A DNA stretch of 63,924 nt, filler included, from Aduncisulcus paluster (GCA_024181965.1; 46 parts of 46 records of this genome joined end to end with filler, not necessarily neighbours in it), one strand, 5' to 3'. Counted from the first letter of the whole stretch, positions 33,727-46,036 are shown. Numbers and translations are program-made. Notes: generated from the sequence alone by a model not told the origin.

Positions 33727-34608
33727 CCGGCAGCGCCACCGTCATGTACGACGCCCCCGGACCGAAAGCACGTGCTCTCCATCGGATTATCGCCGTCGCG
33801 TTCGCCGTCGTGGTGGGCGCGGTGGCGGCGTGGATAATCTGGACTTTGGTCGCCAACGAGCAGCTCACCGCGGAAAAATGGTCACCCTTCCTGCGCCTGA
33901 ACACATGGACGACATACATCCTGCCGGGCCTGTTCGGCACCATCAGCGCGGCCGCGTTGTCGATCGTCTTCGCGCTGGCGCTCGGGGCGGTGCTCGGCAT
34001 CGGCCGGCTTTCCGAACACCGTGCGGTGCGCTGGATTTCCAGCGCACTCGTGGAGTTTTTCCGCGCTATCCCCGTGCTGATTTTGATGGTGTTTTCGTAC
34101 TACCTGTACGGCCAGCAGGCAGTTTTCCCGTCNNNNNNNNNNNNNNNNNNNNTCCGAGTACCTGGCGTTCGCCGCCGTGGTGACGGGATTGTCGCTGTAC
34201 AACGGTTCGGTCATCGCCGAGATCCTGCGTTCTGGTATCCAGTCGCTGCCGAAGGGACAGTCCGAGGCTGCCGTGGCGCTAGGCATGCGCAAGTCGCAGA
34301 TGATGCGACTCATCCTGCTCCCCCAATCGATTGCCGCGATGCTGCCGGCACTGATTTCGCAGATGGTCATCGCCCTGAAGGACTCGGCGCTGGGCTATGC
34401 CTTCGGCTATATCGAGGTGGTGCGCTCGGGTATCCGATCCGCGTCCTACTACGGCAACTACCTGCCCGCCCTCGTCGTGGTCGCGGTCATCATGATCGTC
34501 ATCAACTTCGCACTGTCCTCGCTGGCCACCAAGGTCGAGCGCCAGCTGCGCGAGGGCTGGAGGAAAAAGAACCTCGGTAAGGATCTGCGCCAGGACTACG
34601 GCGAGTAG
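33723..34608 (+). CDS. Glutamate ABC transporter permease (GluD-like)
   Basis: [38 protein letters not shown]. Confidence 0.88.
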
Positions 34609-34853
34609 TCAGCGGATCGGCAACGGCGATTCGTCGCCGTCGGGCCGCGGGCCGAAGATACGGCGTTCTGTGTCGGCGATCGGGGTGTCGTTGATGCTGG
34701 CCTCGCGCCGGGACATCAAGCCCTCTGGGGTGAATTCCCACAGCTCGTTGCCGTAACTGCGCCACCACTGTCCGGCCTCGTCGTGCCACTCGTACTGGAA
34801 GCGCACGGCCATCCGGTTCTCCCGGAATCCCCAGAGCTCCTTGCGCAACACAT
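34609..34853 (-). CDS. DUF1348 / SnoaL-like protein, C-terminal part
   Basis: [37 protein letters not shown]. Confidence 0.88.
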
Positions 34854-34953
34854 NNNNNNNNNNNNNNNNNNNNNNNNNNNNNNNNNNNNNNNNNNNNTTA
34901 ATTAATTAANNNNNNNNNNNNNNNNNNNNNNNNNNNNNNNNNNNNNNNNNNNN

Positions 34954-35102
34954 ACAAGAAAAGCTACAGTACAAGAAAAGCTACAGTACAAGAAAAGCTA
35001 CAGTACAAGAAAAGCTACAGTACAAGAAAAGCTACAGTACAAGAAAAGCTACAGTACAAGAAAAGCTACAGTACAAGAAAAGCTACAGTACAAGAAAAGC
35101 TA
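34954..35102 (-). repeat. Perfect tandem repeat (ACAAGAAAAGCTACAGT on +) x8 plus 13 bp, running to the fragment edge
   Basis: Read directly; no spacers. Confidence 0.97.
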
Positions 35103-35267
35103 GTAGTAACAGTTTATTTGTAATAACATAATAGACCGGCCTAGAGCGAGAGCTCCTGGGGCGAGTTTGAGGCGCACTGCCCGTCATTGGAAGCTGAGAG
35201 GTCTTCTCTTCCCTCATCTTCACACCCACTCACACCAATACTTGACAGAGCGAAGGTGTTTTTCTTA

Positions 35268-36276
35268 AGATGGATGTGGGTGGTTCAGAAGGAAGAGAAG
35301 ACGTCAGTAAAGGAAGGAAGAAAGTTATGCAGAGTTGGAGAGTAGTAGAGGGAGGATATTTAAAACGATGTTATAAAGTAAAATAAAATAAAGTTAAATA
35401 GAGGAAAGAAGAATATGAAACCCTGTGCTTATATAGGATTGAGGAGATGTTGATGGGATAGTGTTGCAGATAGTATTTTTTGTTGTTTTTTTTTTTTTTG
35501 GGAAAAATATTATTAGAAAGTAGTGTTTCTTAACACTAATTTTAATTTAAGATATAAAATAACAAGTAAATAGCAATAGAAAATAGTGTTGTTTGGCACT
35601 GAACTCATGGAAGGGTGTTTTGAATATGATATATTCAAGTCTAGCATATGGGATCATCCGTTTATATATGCAGCCATTATTCTTGCTGTATGCTTCAGGA
35701 CAATTGCTCCCAGAGTGAAGGCCGTTTGTTCAGCTTTTCTCTTCGACATGCCGATCTCGTTNNNNNNNNNNNNNNNNNNNNAGATGGATGTGGGTGGTTC
35801 AGAAGGAAGAGAAGACGTCAGTAAAGGAAGGAAGAAAGTTATGCAGAGTTGGAGAGTAGTAGAGGGAGGATATTTAAAACGATGTTATAAAGTAAAATAA
35901 AATAAAGTTAAATAGAGGAAAGAAGAATATGAAACCCTGTGCTTATATAGGATTGAGGAGATGTTGATGGGATAGTGTTGCAGATAGTATTTTTTGTTGT
36001 TTTTTTTTTTTTTTGGGAAAAATATTATTAGAAAGTAGTGTTTCTTAACACTAATTTTAATTTAAGATATAAAATAACAAGTAAATAGCAATAGAAAATA
36101 GTGTTGTTTGGCACTGAACTCATGGAAGGGTGTTTTGAATATGATATATTCAAGTCTAGCATATGGGATCATCCGTTTATATATGCAGCCATTATTCTTG
36201 CTGTATGCTTCAGGACAATTGCTCCCAGAGTGAAGGCCGTTTGTTCAGCTTTTCTCTTCGACATGCCGATCTCGTT
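35268..36276. repeat. Direct duplication 35268-35761 / 35782-36276 across a 20-N gap
   Basis: Identical except T14 versus T15; probably an unmerged assembly overlap. Confidence 0.9.
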
Positions 36277-36611
36277 CAAGAAGTTCATTGATTTTTTATG
36301 CATAATGCCAGAATGACCAATGATTATGCCAGCTCCATCTGGTCCATACTTGCTCTGTTTTTCATTGAATCTTTTTTCGATAGAGAATAAGGTGGCATCT
36401 TCATAGGTAATTGAGACATCCACCCACCACTTGTGCGTTGGAGTTTTAATTTCAATGTCAGGTCTCAATCCTTCAGTATCTTCATGTTCCATAGTAATCT
36501 CCCACTCTTCGTTGTGGGCCATTAGAACATCAGCCAGTCTATCACGAACTTCGTTGTGTCTCCCTCTATACAGGGGCATTAAAGTTTCACATCCTCCCAA
36601 GACATGGGTCT
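36169..36611 (-). mobile_element. Zinc-knuckle end plus RLE domain of a non-LTR retrotransposon ORF (element B)
   Basis: THVLGGC (H-x4-C end of CCHC), RHNEV, EH..GLRPDI, WVDVSIT, KQSKY. Confidence 0.85.
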
Positions 36612-36711
36612 NNNNNNNNNNNNNNNNNNNNNNNNNNNNNNNNNNNNNNNNNNNNTTAATTAATTAANNNNNNNNNNNNNNNNNNNNNNNNNNNNNNNNN
36701 NNNNNNNNNNN

Positions 36712-37947
36712 CCATGACCATAAGAATCAGTAGCTTTGAAGATATTGTCTTCATTTTTATCTTCCCCTGCTCTGTATTGGTAGAGTTTATGGATAATACC
36801 TCTGGCTTCATAAGGAAGATCAATACCTGTTTTCACAGACAAACCAAACCTTTTATATCCATCATAAAACTCTTGTGCACTTAGTCTGTTTGCTATCATA
36901 AGAGTTCCTATGTTACTAGAAAAAATAACTATATCTTCGAGTGTTAAATAGTTTTTATCAAATCGATGATCATCATGGATAGTGTGTCTTTTTATCTTAT
37001 ATCTTCCGCGTGGAAATTCCCCTTTTTTATTTCTTTTCCCCTTATTGTGTGCAAAGAACAGTTCGTTTTCTTTTATCAGTCCTTTATCCATAGCCAAAGA
37101 GATTGCCAGAGGTTTTATGATAGAACCTGGTTCAAAGTTGTATTCAATCGCATTTATTCTTAGGTCTTCAATATCTTCTTGTCTAATTTTTTGAGGATTG
37201 TATCTATTTGATGATGCTAAAGATAAAATTTTTCCTGTTTTACTATCCATCACTGAAACAATGATCTCTTTTGCTTGGAGCTTTTCTTTGTATCGATCTA
37301 GCATAAGCTCAATATTTCTTTGCAATTTCAGAGGTATAGTAAGTTTGATATCTGCACCATCTTCTCTTTTAATGATTTCAGAGTTTTTGTTAAACAATAT
37401 ATAAGACAATATATCTCTTTCTCCTCTTAATACACCATCTTCTGTGTTATTAAGGAGCTTGTCGAAAGCTTTTTCTAAACCATTGACACCTATTACTTTT
37501 TGCGTACCATTGGTTTTGTTGTCTTTTTTAATAAATCCAATAACAGGGGTCAAACTATCTTTATATGGATAAAGTCTCTCTTCTCCTGTTTCATATATAT
37601 TTAGACCNNNNNNNNNNNNNNNNNNNNNNNNNNNNNNNNNNNAGACCATATAACACCGTTCTACCGTTTAGTTTGATAGATTTAAAGACATCGAGTCGTC
37701 TCAATTTGTAAGCAAGTGACTTAAGCTCTTTTGCATCACGCTGATTGATTGTACGAGAGATAATCACATATCCCTTTTTAGAAATTTTTTTTAGTATTTT
37801 TGATTTTGGAATATTGCTATAAAGAGAAAATAGCGTCACAAACAAATCTGTTTTGTTTGTATCTAAACATCGAGTATCAATAGAAGCAGAAAATATTTTT
37901 TGAGAAGTACCGATTTTAAAATTATCTGCACTATAGATATCACCACG
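36712..37947 (-). CDS. Class B penicillin-binding protein (FtsI-like), internal fragment
   Basis: RGDIYSAD, RLYPY, GLEK, FEPGSIIKP (SxxK), SSN, TGIDLP. Confidence 0.9.
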
Positions 37948-38047
37948 NNNNNNNNNNNNNNNNNNNNNNNNNNNNNNNNNNNNNNNNNNNNTTAATTAAT
38001 TAANNNNNNNNNNNNNNNNNNNNNNNNNNNNNNNNNNNNNNNNNNNN

Positions 38048-38177
38048 CATCTAAATCATCAAGTTTACACTCATAATAAATTTTATTTGCATAATCAATT
38101 TTTTTAATATTTGTAAAGTTCTCTAAAAGAGGAGTAATTTCCTCTTCCATAGCGCCCATAATAGCTAATTTAGTCAT
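38048..38177 (-). CDS. mtnN: MTA/SAH nucleosidase, N-terminus
   Basis: KLAIMGAMEEEI; follows fabD. Confidence 0.88.
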
Positions 38178-39135
38178 TTAATTTTTCCATTGTATCTTCT
38201 AAAGATTTCATATCAGAAACATTTAGTGTAGGAACTGATTTAATAATTTTTCTATTCATACCTTTTAACACAGCACCATTTCCAAATTCAATCATCATAT
38301 CTAACTCTTCTGCATGCTCTACAATAGAATGTTTATATTTTACAGGAGATACTAACTGAGAACTTAATAGTTCAATAGCATCCGCTTTTGTATTATAAGG
38401 ATTTGTTGATACATTAGAAATTACAGAAGTTGTAAAATCATCTTTGATATATTCTTTTAAATATGGCTGTAATTTTTCTACTGCACTAGTTAAAAGTTCA
38501 CAATGGCTAGCAACACTCATATCTAGAACTAAAGCTCTTTTAGCCCCTGCTTCTTTAAATGTATCTACTAAAGATTCTAAATCAGCTTTTAAACCAGCAA
38601 CAACAATTTGGCCATCCATATTGTAATTTGCAGCCCATACTTTTTTACCATTTAATCTTTGTTCTTCAGTCATTTTTTCAACTGTCGCATCATCCAGACC
38701 AACAAGAGCCATCATTCCAGCACCAGCGCCAGCACAAGCTTCATTCATAAATAAACCTCTTTTATGCACAAGTTCAATTGCATCTAAATAATCAATTGCA
38801 CCACTTGCNNNNNNNNNNNNNNNNNNNNNNNNACTTGCAACTAATGCAGAAAACTCACCTAAAGAGTGACCCATTACAAACTCTGGTGTAATATCATTTT
38901 TCTCTTTAAAAATAGCAAGCGCAATACAACTTACTAATAAAATTGCAGGTTGTGTAAATTCAGTCTTTCCCAAATTTTCACTTTCATTAAATAATAAATC
39001 TTCAAAATCAAAACCTAATCTATCACTTGCATTTTTAATCATATCTTTTGCAATATCGCTATTTTCAAAAAAATCTTTTCCCATACCATTTGTTTGACTT
39101 CCTTGACCTGGAAATATAAAAGCTACTTTTTTCAT
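38170..39135 (-). CDS. fabD: ACP S-malonyltransferase
   Basis: FPGQGSQ, TQPAIL, GHSLGE, SVASH. Confidence 0.96.
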   Translation of the reverse strand: MKKVAFIFPGQGSQTNGMGKDFFENSDIAKDMIKNASDRLGFDFEDLLFNESENLGKTEFTQPAILLVSCIALAIFKEKNDITPEFVMGHSLGEFSALVASXXXXXXXXASGAIDYLDAIELVHKRGLFMNEACAGAGAGMMALVGLDDATVEKMTEEQRLNGKKVWAANYNMDGQIVVAGLKADLESLVDTFKEAGAKRALVLDMSVASHCELLTSAVEKLQPYLKEYIKDDFTTSVISNVSTNPYNTKADAIELLSSQLVSPVKYKHSIVEHAEELDMMIEFGNGAVLKGMNRKIIKSVPTLNVSDMKSLEDTMEKLND

Positions 39136-39166
39136 TTTTCTTCCTTATATAAAATTTGTATATAAA

Positions 39167-39205
39167 CTAAAAACTCCCATTTCAAAAGAAATAGGAGTTT
39201 TTTAG
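39167..39205 (-). terminator. Probable terminator hairpin upstream of fabD
   Basis: AAAAACTCC..ATTTC / GAAAT..GGAGTTTTT inverted repeat after a gene end. Confidence 0.6.
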
Positions 39206-39223
39206 ACAATGTTAAAACATTAT

Positions 39224-39268
39224 TTAGTGTGAACAACATCCACCTGAAGATTGTTCAGCAGGTTCAGA
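39224..39268 (-). CDS. SlyD-like Cys/His tail
   Basis: SEPAEQSSGGCCSH*; position upstream of fabD. Confidence 0.5.
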   Translation of the reverse strand, partial: SEPAEQSSGGCCSH

Positions 39269-39368
39269 NNNNNNNNNNNNNNNNNNNNNNNNNNNNNNNN
39301 NNNNNNNNNNNNTTAATTAATTAANNNNNNNNNNNNNNNNNNNNNNNNNNNNNNNNNNNNNNNNNNNN

Positions 39369-39543
39369 GTGTCTTAATGGTGCAGCTGCTAGAAAAGTGG
39401 AAATAGGTGATAAAATCATTGTTATTGCTTATGCATCATACTCAGAAAAAGAGTTAGAATCATACAAACCAATAGTTGTGCATGTAAATGAAAAAAATGA
39501 TATCATTGAAATAACGAATGAACTTATAGGAAGCGATAAATAA
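39369..39543 (+). CDS. panD: Aspartate 1-decarboxylase, C-terminal part
   Basis: CLNGAAARKVEIGDKIIVIAY. Confidence 0.92.
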
Positions 39544-39860
39544 TGCTAGATGGAATAGACTTAAGTAAAATCAATCTTAACGAGATGATGGGACAGGTTC
39601 AAGAGATGGCTGCCAAAGCTAAAGAAGATGGAAAAAATCAAGTTTTTACATCAAAAGTTGGTGGAGGAATGATAGAATTATCTATAAATGGTAACTCAGA
39701 GGTTACAGACTTACAAATAGATGATTCTTTACTTGAAGATAAAGACTCTTTACAAATATTACTTATTAGTGCTATGAATGATGTGATTAAACAAAGTGAT
39801 GATGCTAAAAAATCAATGGCTATGAATATGATGGGTGGGATGAATCCATTTGCAAAATAA
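39543..39860 (+). CDS. YbaB/EbfC nucleoid-associated protein
   Basis: GGGMIELSING, DSLQILLISAMND. Confidence 0.92.
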   Translation: MLDGIDLSKINLNEMMGQVQEMAAKAKEDGKNQVFTSKVGGGMIELSINGNSEVTDLQIDDSLLEDKDSLQILLISAMNDVIKQSDDAKKSMAMNMMGGMNPFAK

Positions 39861-40487
39861 ACAACTATTAGAATTATTTGAAGATTATCTAAAGGCAAAT
39901 TTACCCACATCAGATAGTTTTCATCCTATTTTTGAAAATGCTTTGCAAAAAATGCTTTATGCTGGTGGAAAAAGGTTTCGTCCAGTACTGCTTCTTTCTG
40001 TAGTGAATTCGGTAGAACCTTTACTTACAGACAACGCACTCCCTGTTGCTCTGGGAGTANNNNNNNNNNNNNNNNNNNNNNNNNNNNNNNNNNNNNNNNN
40101 NNNNNNNNNNNNNNNNNNNNNNNNNNNNNNNNNNNNNNNNNNNNTTCCTTGATCCATGATGATTTGCCAAGTATGGATGATGCTGATTTACGAAGAGGCA
40201 ATCCTACTCTACATAAAACTTATGATGAAGTGACAGCTATATTAGTTGGTGATGCTTTAAATACACATAGCTTTAATCTGGTAGCAAATGCTCCATTAAG
40301 TAACGATGTTAAAATCGAATTAATAAAAGTTTTAAGTAGTGATGGTGGAATTGATGGAATGATTATCGGTCAGGCTATTGATTGTTATTTTGAAAATCAA
40401 ACATTAGAACTTTCTCAATTAGAGTTTTTACATATTCATAAAACGGCAAAACTTATTGCAGGAAGTTTAAAAATGGGTGCAATAATT
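39850..40487 (+). CDS. ispA: Polyprenyl (farnesyl diphosphate) synthase
   Basis: GGKRFRP, IHDDLPSMDDADLRRG, GQAID, KTA. Confidence 0.92.
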
Positions 40488-40781
40488 NNNNNNNNNNNNN
40501 NNNNNNNNNNNNNNNNNNNNNNNNNNNNNNNTTAATTAATTAANNNNNNNNNNNNNNNNNNNNNNNNNNNNNNNNNNNNNNNNNNNNCATCATCTCTGTA
40601 GTTTTTAATAAGTCGATGCCAGAGTTATAATTTATTCCTATAATACCACACATAAAGATTACCCTTTTTAATTATCATCATAAGCTTTATTAATTTAAAA
40701 TTTAATTACTATGTAATAAATTATATAGTTCAATTTTAGATACGCTTAATCCTAATTATAGCATAATTTCACATCAGATAA

Positions 40782-41195
40782 ATGGAGTTTACTATGGAAC
40801 TTATAAACAATGAATACATCTTGAAAGAGAAATCTTTCCTTGTATCAGAAACAGATGAAAAAGGAATAATTCGATTTGCAAATGATGAATTTTGTCAATT
40901 TGCAGGATACAATCTAAACGAACTCATAGGACAGCCACATAGTATTGTACGAGATCCAGATATGCCAAAAGCAGCTTTTAAAGATCTATGGGAAACGGTA
41001 AAAAAAGGAAATAGATGGAAAGGTTTTGTTAAAAATAGAACCAAAAATGGGAAATTTTATTGGGTATTTGCAACAGTTTTTCCCTTTACTTCAAATGATA
41101 ATCAAAAAGGCTATATATCTTGTAGACGACGAGCTTCAAGAAAAGAGATAAAAAAATATACAGCAATTTATAAACAAATGAAAGAAAGAGAATAA
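40782..41195 (+). CDS. Stand-alone Aer-like PAS protein
   Basis: SETDEKGII.FAN, HSIVRDPDMPKAAFKDLW, KNRTKNGKFYWV. Confidence 0.9.
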   Translation: MEFTMELINNEYILKEKSFLVSETDEKGIIRFANDEFCQFAGYNLNELIGQPHSIVRDPDMPKAAFKDLWETVKKGNRWKGFVKNRTKNGKFYWVFATVFPFTSNDNQKGYISCRRRASRKEIKKYTAIYKQMKERE

Positions 41196-41198
41196 AAT

Positions 41199-41691
41199 TT
41201 GAAAAATATTTTACACTATACCCCTAAATTTTTAAATAATATTACTATTAAATCAAAACTTATTTTACTAGTAATAATCCCAATGACTATAATGTTTATA
41301 CTCTTAAGCATATCTGTTTATGAGGTCTATAAAGAGAAAAATGAATACGAAAAACTCAATGGTATTATGAAACTTTCTTCAAAAATTTCACAGTTAGTAC
41401 ATGAAACACAAATAGAGAGAGGTATGACATCAGCTTATATGGGAAGTAAAGGGAAAAACTTTACTACTGAACTACCCAAACAAAGAGAAGCTACGGATAA
41501 AAAGATCAAAGAATTTCAAGTTACTTTCAATAGTTTAGCACACAATACTTTGGATAATAAGCTTCAAGTAAAAGTAAGCACTATTTTAACTCAAATAGAT
41601 AAACTTCAAAATTTAAGAACAGATATAACAAATTTAACAATCCCTGTATCTCAAGCATTAAAATTCTATACAGAGATAAATGCACAACTTA
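41199..41691 (+). CDS. Membrane sensor/chemoreceptor with a NIT (nitrate/nitrite-sensing)-like domain, N-terminal part
   Basis: TM helix, then LVHETQIERGMT..QREATD..LR..FYTEIN. Confidence 0.8.
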
Positions 41692-41791
41692 NNNNNNNNN
41701 NNNNNNNNNNNNNNNNNNNNNNNNNNNNNNNNNNNTTAATTAATTAANNNNNNNNNNNNNNNNNNNNNNNNNNNNNNNNNNNNNNNNNNNN

Positions 41792-42914
41792 GACCTCGAT
41801 GCCCGAGCTGGTCGCCGCGTTCCACTCGCTGGTCGGCATGGCCGCGGTGCTGGTCGCCGCCGGCGCGTTCTACGCGCCCGAGGCCTTCGATATCGGTACG
41901 CCCGGCAACATCCATCCGCAGAGCCTGGTCGAGATGTCGCTCGGCGTCGCGATCGGCGCGCTGACCTTCACCGGCTCGGTGATCGCGTTCCTGAAGCTGT
42001 CGGCGCGGATGAGCGGCGCGCCGATCATCCTGCCGTTCCGCCACGTCATCAACATCGTGCTGGCGCTGGCGCTGGTGTTCTTCATCGTCGGCCTCGTGCT
42101 TTCGGGCAGCGCGTTCGACTTCTGGATGATCACGATCCTGGCGCTGGCGCTCGGCGTCTTGATGATCATCCCGATCGGCGGCGCCGACATGCCGGTCGTG
42201 ATCTCGATGCTGAACTCCTATTCCGGCTGGGCCGCGGCCGGCATCGGCTTCACGCTCGGCAATTCGGCGCTGATCATCACCGGCGCGCTGGTCGGCTCGT
42301 CGGGCGCGATCCTGTCCTACATCATGTGCCACGCGATGAACCGCTCGTTCATTTCGGTGATCCTCGGCGGCTTCGGCGGTGAGACCGCGGCGGCCGGCGG
42401 CGGCTCGGGCGAGCAGAAGCCCGCCAAGCTCGGCTCGGCTGACGATGCCGCCTTCATCATGAAGAACGCCTCCAAGGTCATCATCGTACCGGGCTACGGC
42501 ATGGCGGTGGCGCAGGCCCAGCACGCGCTGCGCGAGATGGCCGACCNNNNNNNNNNNNNNNNNNNNGAAGGCGTCGAGGTGAAATACGCCATCCACCCGG
42601 TGGCGGGCCGCATGCCCGGCCACATGAACGTGCTGCTCGCCGAAGCCAACGTGCCCTATGACGAGGTGTTCGAGCTCGAGGACATCAACTCGGAGTTCGC
42701 CCAGGCCGACATCGCCTTCGTGATCGGCGCCAACGACGTCACCAACCCGGCGGCGGAGGAGGACAAGACCTCGCCGATCTACGGCATGCCGGTGCTGCAG
42801 GTCTGGAAGGCCNNNNNNNNNNNNNNNNNNNNTCCGCTGTTCTACCGCGACAACACCATGATGCTGCTCGGCGACGCCAAGAAGGTCACCGAGAACATCG
42901 TCAAGGCGATGTAG
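41792..42914 (+). CDS. pntB: NAD(P) transhydrogenase beta subunit (Alphaproteobacteria)
   Basis: [47 protein letters not shown]. Confidence 0.97.
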
Positions 42915-43247
42915 GCGGGCGGCGAGTGGCACTGAACCGGGAGTGGCATCGAGACCATCGCATGCCGCCCCGGGCGACGCGCGAGCAGCGCATCAGGTGG
43001 CATGTGGCGCATGCGAATGTTTGCGCGTGCCGGCCCGTTCCGGACAGCGTCAGGCTCGAGGTCGAAAAGCTGCTCGTTTCCAGGCGCAGGCCTGTCTCGC
43101 CGACCACCAAGAATCAGGGGCGGGACGAAAAACCGCGAAAACAACCCNNNNNNNNNNNNNNNNNNNNNNNNNNNNNNNNNNNNNNNNNNNNTTAATTAAT
43201 TAANNNNNNNNNNNNNNNNNNNNNNNNNNNNNNNNNNNNNNNNNNNN

Positions 43248-43864
43248 CCATAAAAGAGTTTTTGGAAGAACTTGATTTTGAGGTAAATGATTTCGACAAT
43301 GGTGATGAAGCACTTGATGCTATCTATGACAATAAATACAATCTTCTTCTTTTAGACATAAGAGTACCAGGAATAGATGGATTTACTCTTATAGAAAATA
43401 TTAGAAAAAATGGTATAACCACACCAGTGATTATTCTTACTTCACTAACAGATATGTCAAACTTAAGTAAAGGGTATGAACTTGGTTGTAATGACTATTT
43501 GAAAAAACCTTTTGACCTTATAGAGCTACGCTATAGAATCGACCAACTCATAAAAAGTAAATGCTTTGATTCTCTTGAAAATATGATTTCATTACTTGAT
43601 AATTTTACATTTGATATACAAAAAAGTATTTTATACAAAAAACAAAAACCAATTGATTTGACTCAAAAAGAGAGTGAAGTGATAAGTTTCTTGATACAAA
43701 ATAGAGGTTTTTATGTTTCTATTGAATCACTCCATGAAAATATTTGGAACAATAAAGATATCCAATATGCAGATATACGCATGTGCATCAAAAGAATACG
43801 AGATAAAACAAATAAAAATTTTATTATTACAAAAAGATTTGTAGGATATAAAATTGATAACTAA
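43248..43864 (+). CDS. OmpR-family response regulator
   Basis: LLDIRVPGIDG, NDYLKKPF, winged helix ending VGYK. Confidence 0.92.
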
Positions 43865-44487
43865 AAAAAATGAGATTAGAAGTATAGTTATACAAGTTAT
43901 TCTAACTTTATCCATAGCCTTTATACCCTTATTTTTTTATCTTCAAACCTCTTTTGAAAATCAGAATATCAAAGATAAAATNNNNNNNNNNNNNNNNNNN
44001 NNNNNNNNNNNNNNNNNNNNNNNNNNNNNNNNNNNNNNNNNNNNNNNNNNNNCTTCTGTAGTTTCAAAAATACGACTTTTTGAAGATGAAAATAGTGATT
44101 TTTTTTACTATCCTAGATCCAATATCTTCACATCTGCTATTTTTGATGAAAAAAATAAAGAAATATTTTCTCTTTTTAAGACAAATACAAACTTTATATT
44201 TGAGAGTGAATTTTTTAATGATAACGATAAAATATGTTATAAGCAGTATTTACAAAATAATATATTTGAAGCAAAATATATCATAGTATGTAAAAATATC
44301 GATAACTCTCAAGTGATTTACAATACTATTATTCTTATTATTACGATGACTTGTTTGATATTTTTATCTTCATTTTTTACTATCAAACAAAGTACTGAAC
44401 CATACAAAAAACTCAATCATTTTCTTGATGATTTTTTAAAAGATGCTATGCATGAGCTTAAAACACCTATAGGCGTTGCTAGAATAA
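43854..44487 (+). CDS. Sensor histidine kinase, N-terminal part
   Basis: Two TMs and H-box AMHELKTP. Confidence 0.9.
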
Positions 44488-44587
44488 NNNNNNNNNNNNN
44501 NNNNNNNNNNNNNNNNNNNNNNNNNNNNNNNTTAATTAATTAANNNNNNNNNNNNNNNNNNNNNNNNNNNNNNNNNNNNNNNNNNNN

Positions 44588-44987
44588 TATTAAAAAAGAG
44601 GAAGAGATTGTTGAGTTTATATCAACTCTTATGTTAGAAAACTATAATGAAAAATCGCTATTTACAACAAGTATTTTGTTTTGTGATATTAAGTTATATA
44701 TAGATAAAAATATAGGTTTAAATCTTAGTTTAGAAGAGATTTCAAATCAGTTTTTAATTACACCTTTTCATTTAATTAGAATATTTAAAAAAGAGTTAGA
44801 ACTTACACCTTATCAGTATATCTTAAACCAAAAAGTAAATTTTGCAAAAGAATTACTTCTAGAAAATCTATCGATATCAGAAGTAGCAATAAGTGCTGGA
44901 TTTAATGATCAAAGTCACCTTTACAAATATTTTAAAAAAATATTTTCATATTCTCCTAAAGAATACCAAGATAGCTTTATAAAATAA
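44588..44987 (+). CDS. AraC family regulator, C-terminal part
   Basis: HLIRIFKKE..TPYQY, AGFNDQSH..SPKEY. Confidence 0.92.
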
Positions 44988-45071
44988 ACTCTTCTTAAAT
45001 AAGTCAATTTTTTACAATACATATTTTTCCAAATTACCTAAAATACTCATAGATGAATTAAAGGAAAAACA

Positions 45072-45592
45072 ATGAAAAAAGCATTAATAATTATAGATTT
45101 ACAAAACGATTATTTTAAAGATGGAGCGAATGAACTTCAAAATATAGATGAGGTACTAATCCAAACAAATAAACTTATAAAGTTTGCAAGAGAAAAAAGT
45201 TATAAAATTTATTTTATACAACATTTTTCACAAAAAAAGGGTNNNNNNNNNNNNNNNNNNNNCATAAAGATTTAGAGATAAATGATGATATGGTTATAAA
45301 AAAGAACTATCCAAATAGTTTTCGAGATACAATTTTAAAAAAAGAGTTAGACAAAGAAAATATAAATGAGTTGATTATTTGCGGTGCGATGACTCATATG
45401 TGTATAGATACAACTGTAAGAGCCGGTTTTGATATGGGATATAAAATAGAACTAGTAAGTGACGCTTGCGCTACAAAAGATTTAGTATTTCAAGATACTA
45501 TTATAAAAGCAAAAGATGTGCAAGCTTCATTTATGAGTGCTTTAAATGGCATATTTTGTGAAGTAAAAGATGTGACAAATATCTGTCTGTAA
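45072..45592 (+). CDS. Isochorismatase-family cysteine hydrolase
   Basis: ALIIIDLQNDYF, KNYPNSF, GAMTHMCIDTT; spans an N gap. Confidence 0.92.
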
Positions 45593-45595
45593 CTC

Positions 45596-45936
45596 TTATG
45601 ATTGTTGTTTGGTTTGGTTATGCAAATCTTCTAATTCTAAATTTAGAGCATTTGAAGAGATATAAACCTCCCACAATGAGATGATCAGAGATAAACACAT
45701 CGTTAATAAACTTAATCCAAATATATTTTTACCAAAAGGGTAGTATCCTAAAAAGAGTGAAAACATAGATATGGTACACATAAGCATCGATACTACTCCA
45801 AAAAACTGCATCCATTTTGTAAGTTCTAGTCGTCTTTTTAAATTTTCGATTTGCCCTGAAAGGTCTTGGTTCTTTTGCTCTTTTGCTTGTCTACTAATAG
45901 AACGAATAAGTTGTCCCGTTGTAAGAAATCTGTTTG
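45596..45936 (-). CDS. DUF2721-like membrane protein, C-terminal part
   Basis: NRF...QIENLKRRL...MQFFGV...SLWEVYISSNAL. Confidence 0.7.
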
Positions 45937-46036
45937 NNNNNNNNNNNNNNNNNNNNNNNNNNNNNNNNNNNNNNNNNNNNTTAATTAATTAANNNNNNNN
46001 NNNNNNNNNNNNNNNNNNNNNNNNNNNNNNNNNNNN

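Noticed and set aside
35268-36276. 494-bp direct repeat as an LTR or real duplication
   Set aside because: Flanks a 20-N gap and differs only in homopolymer length; shorter unmerged overlaps occur at other gaps (e.g. 802/829, 6434/6485, 38808/38833)
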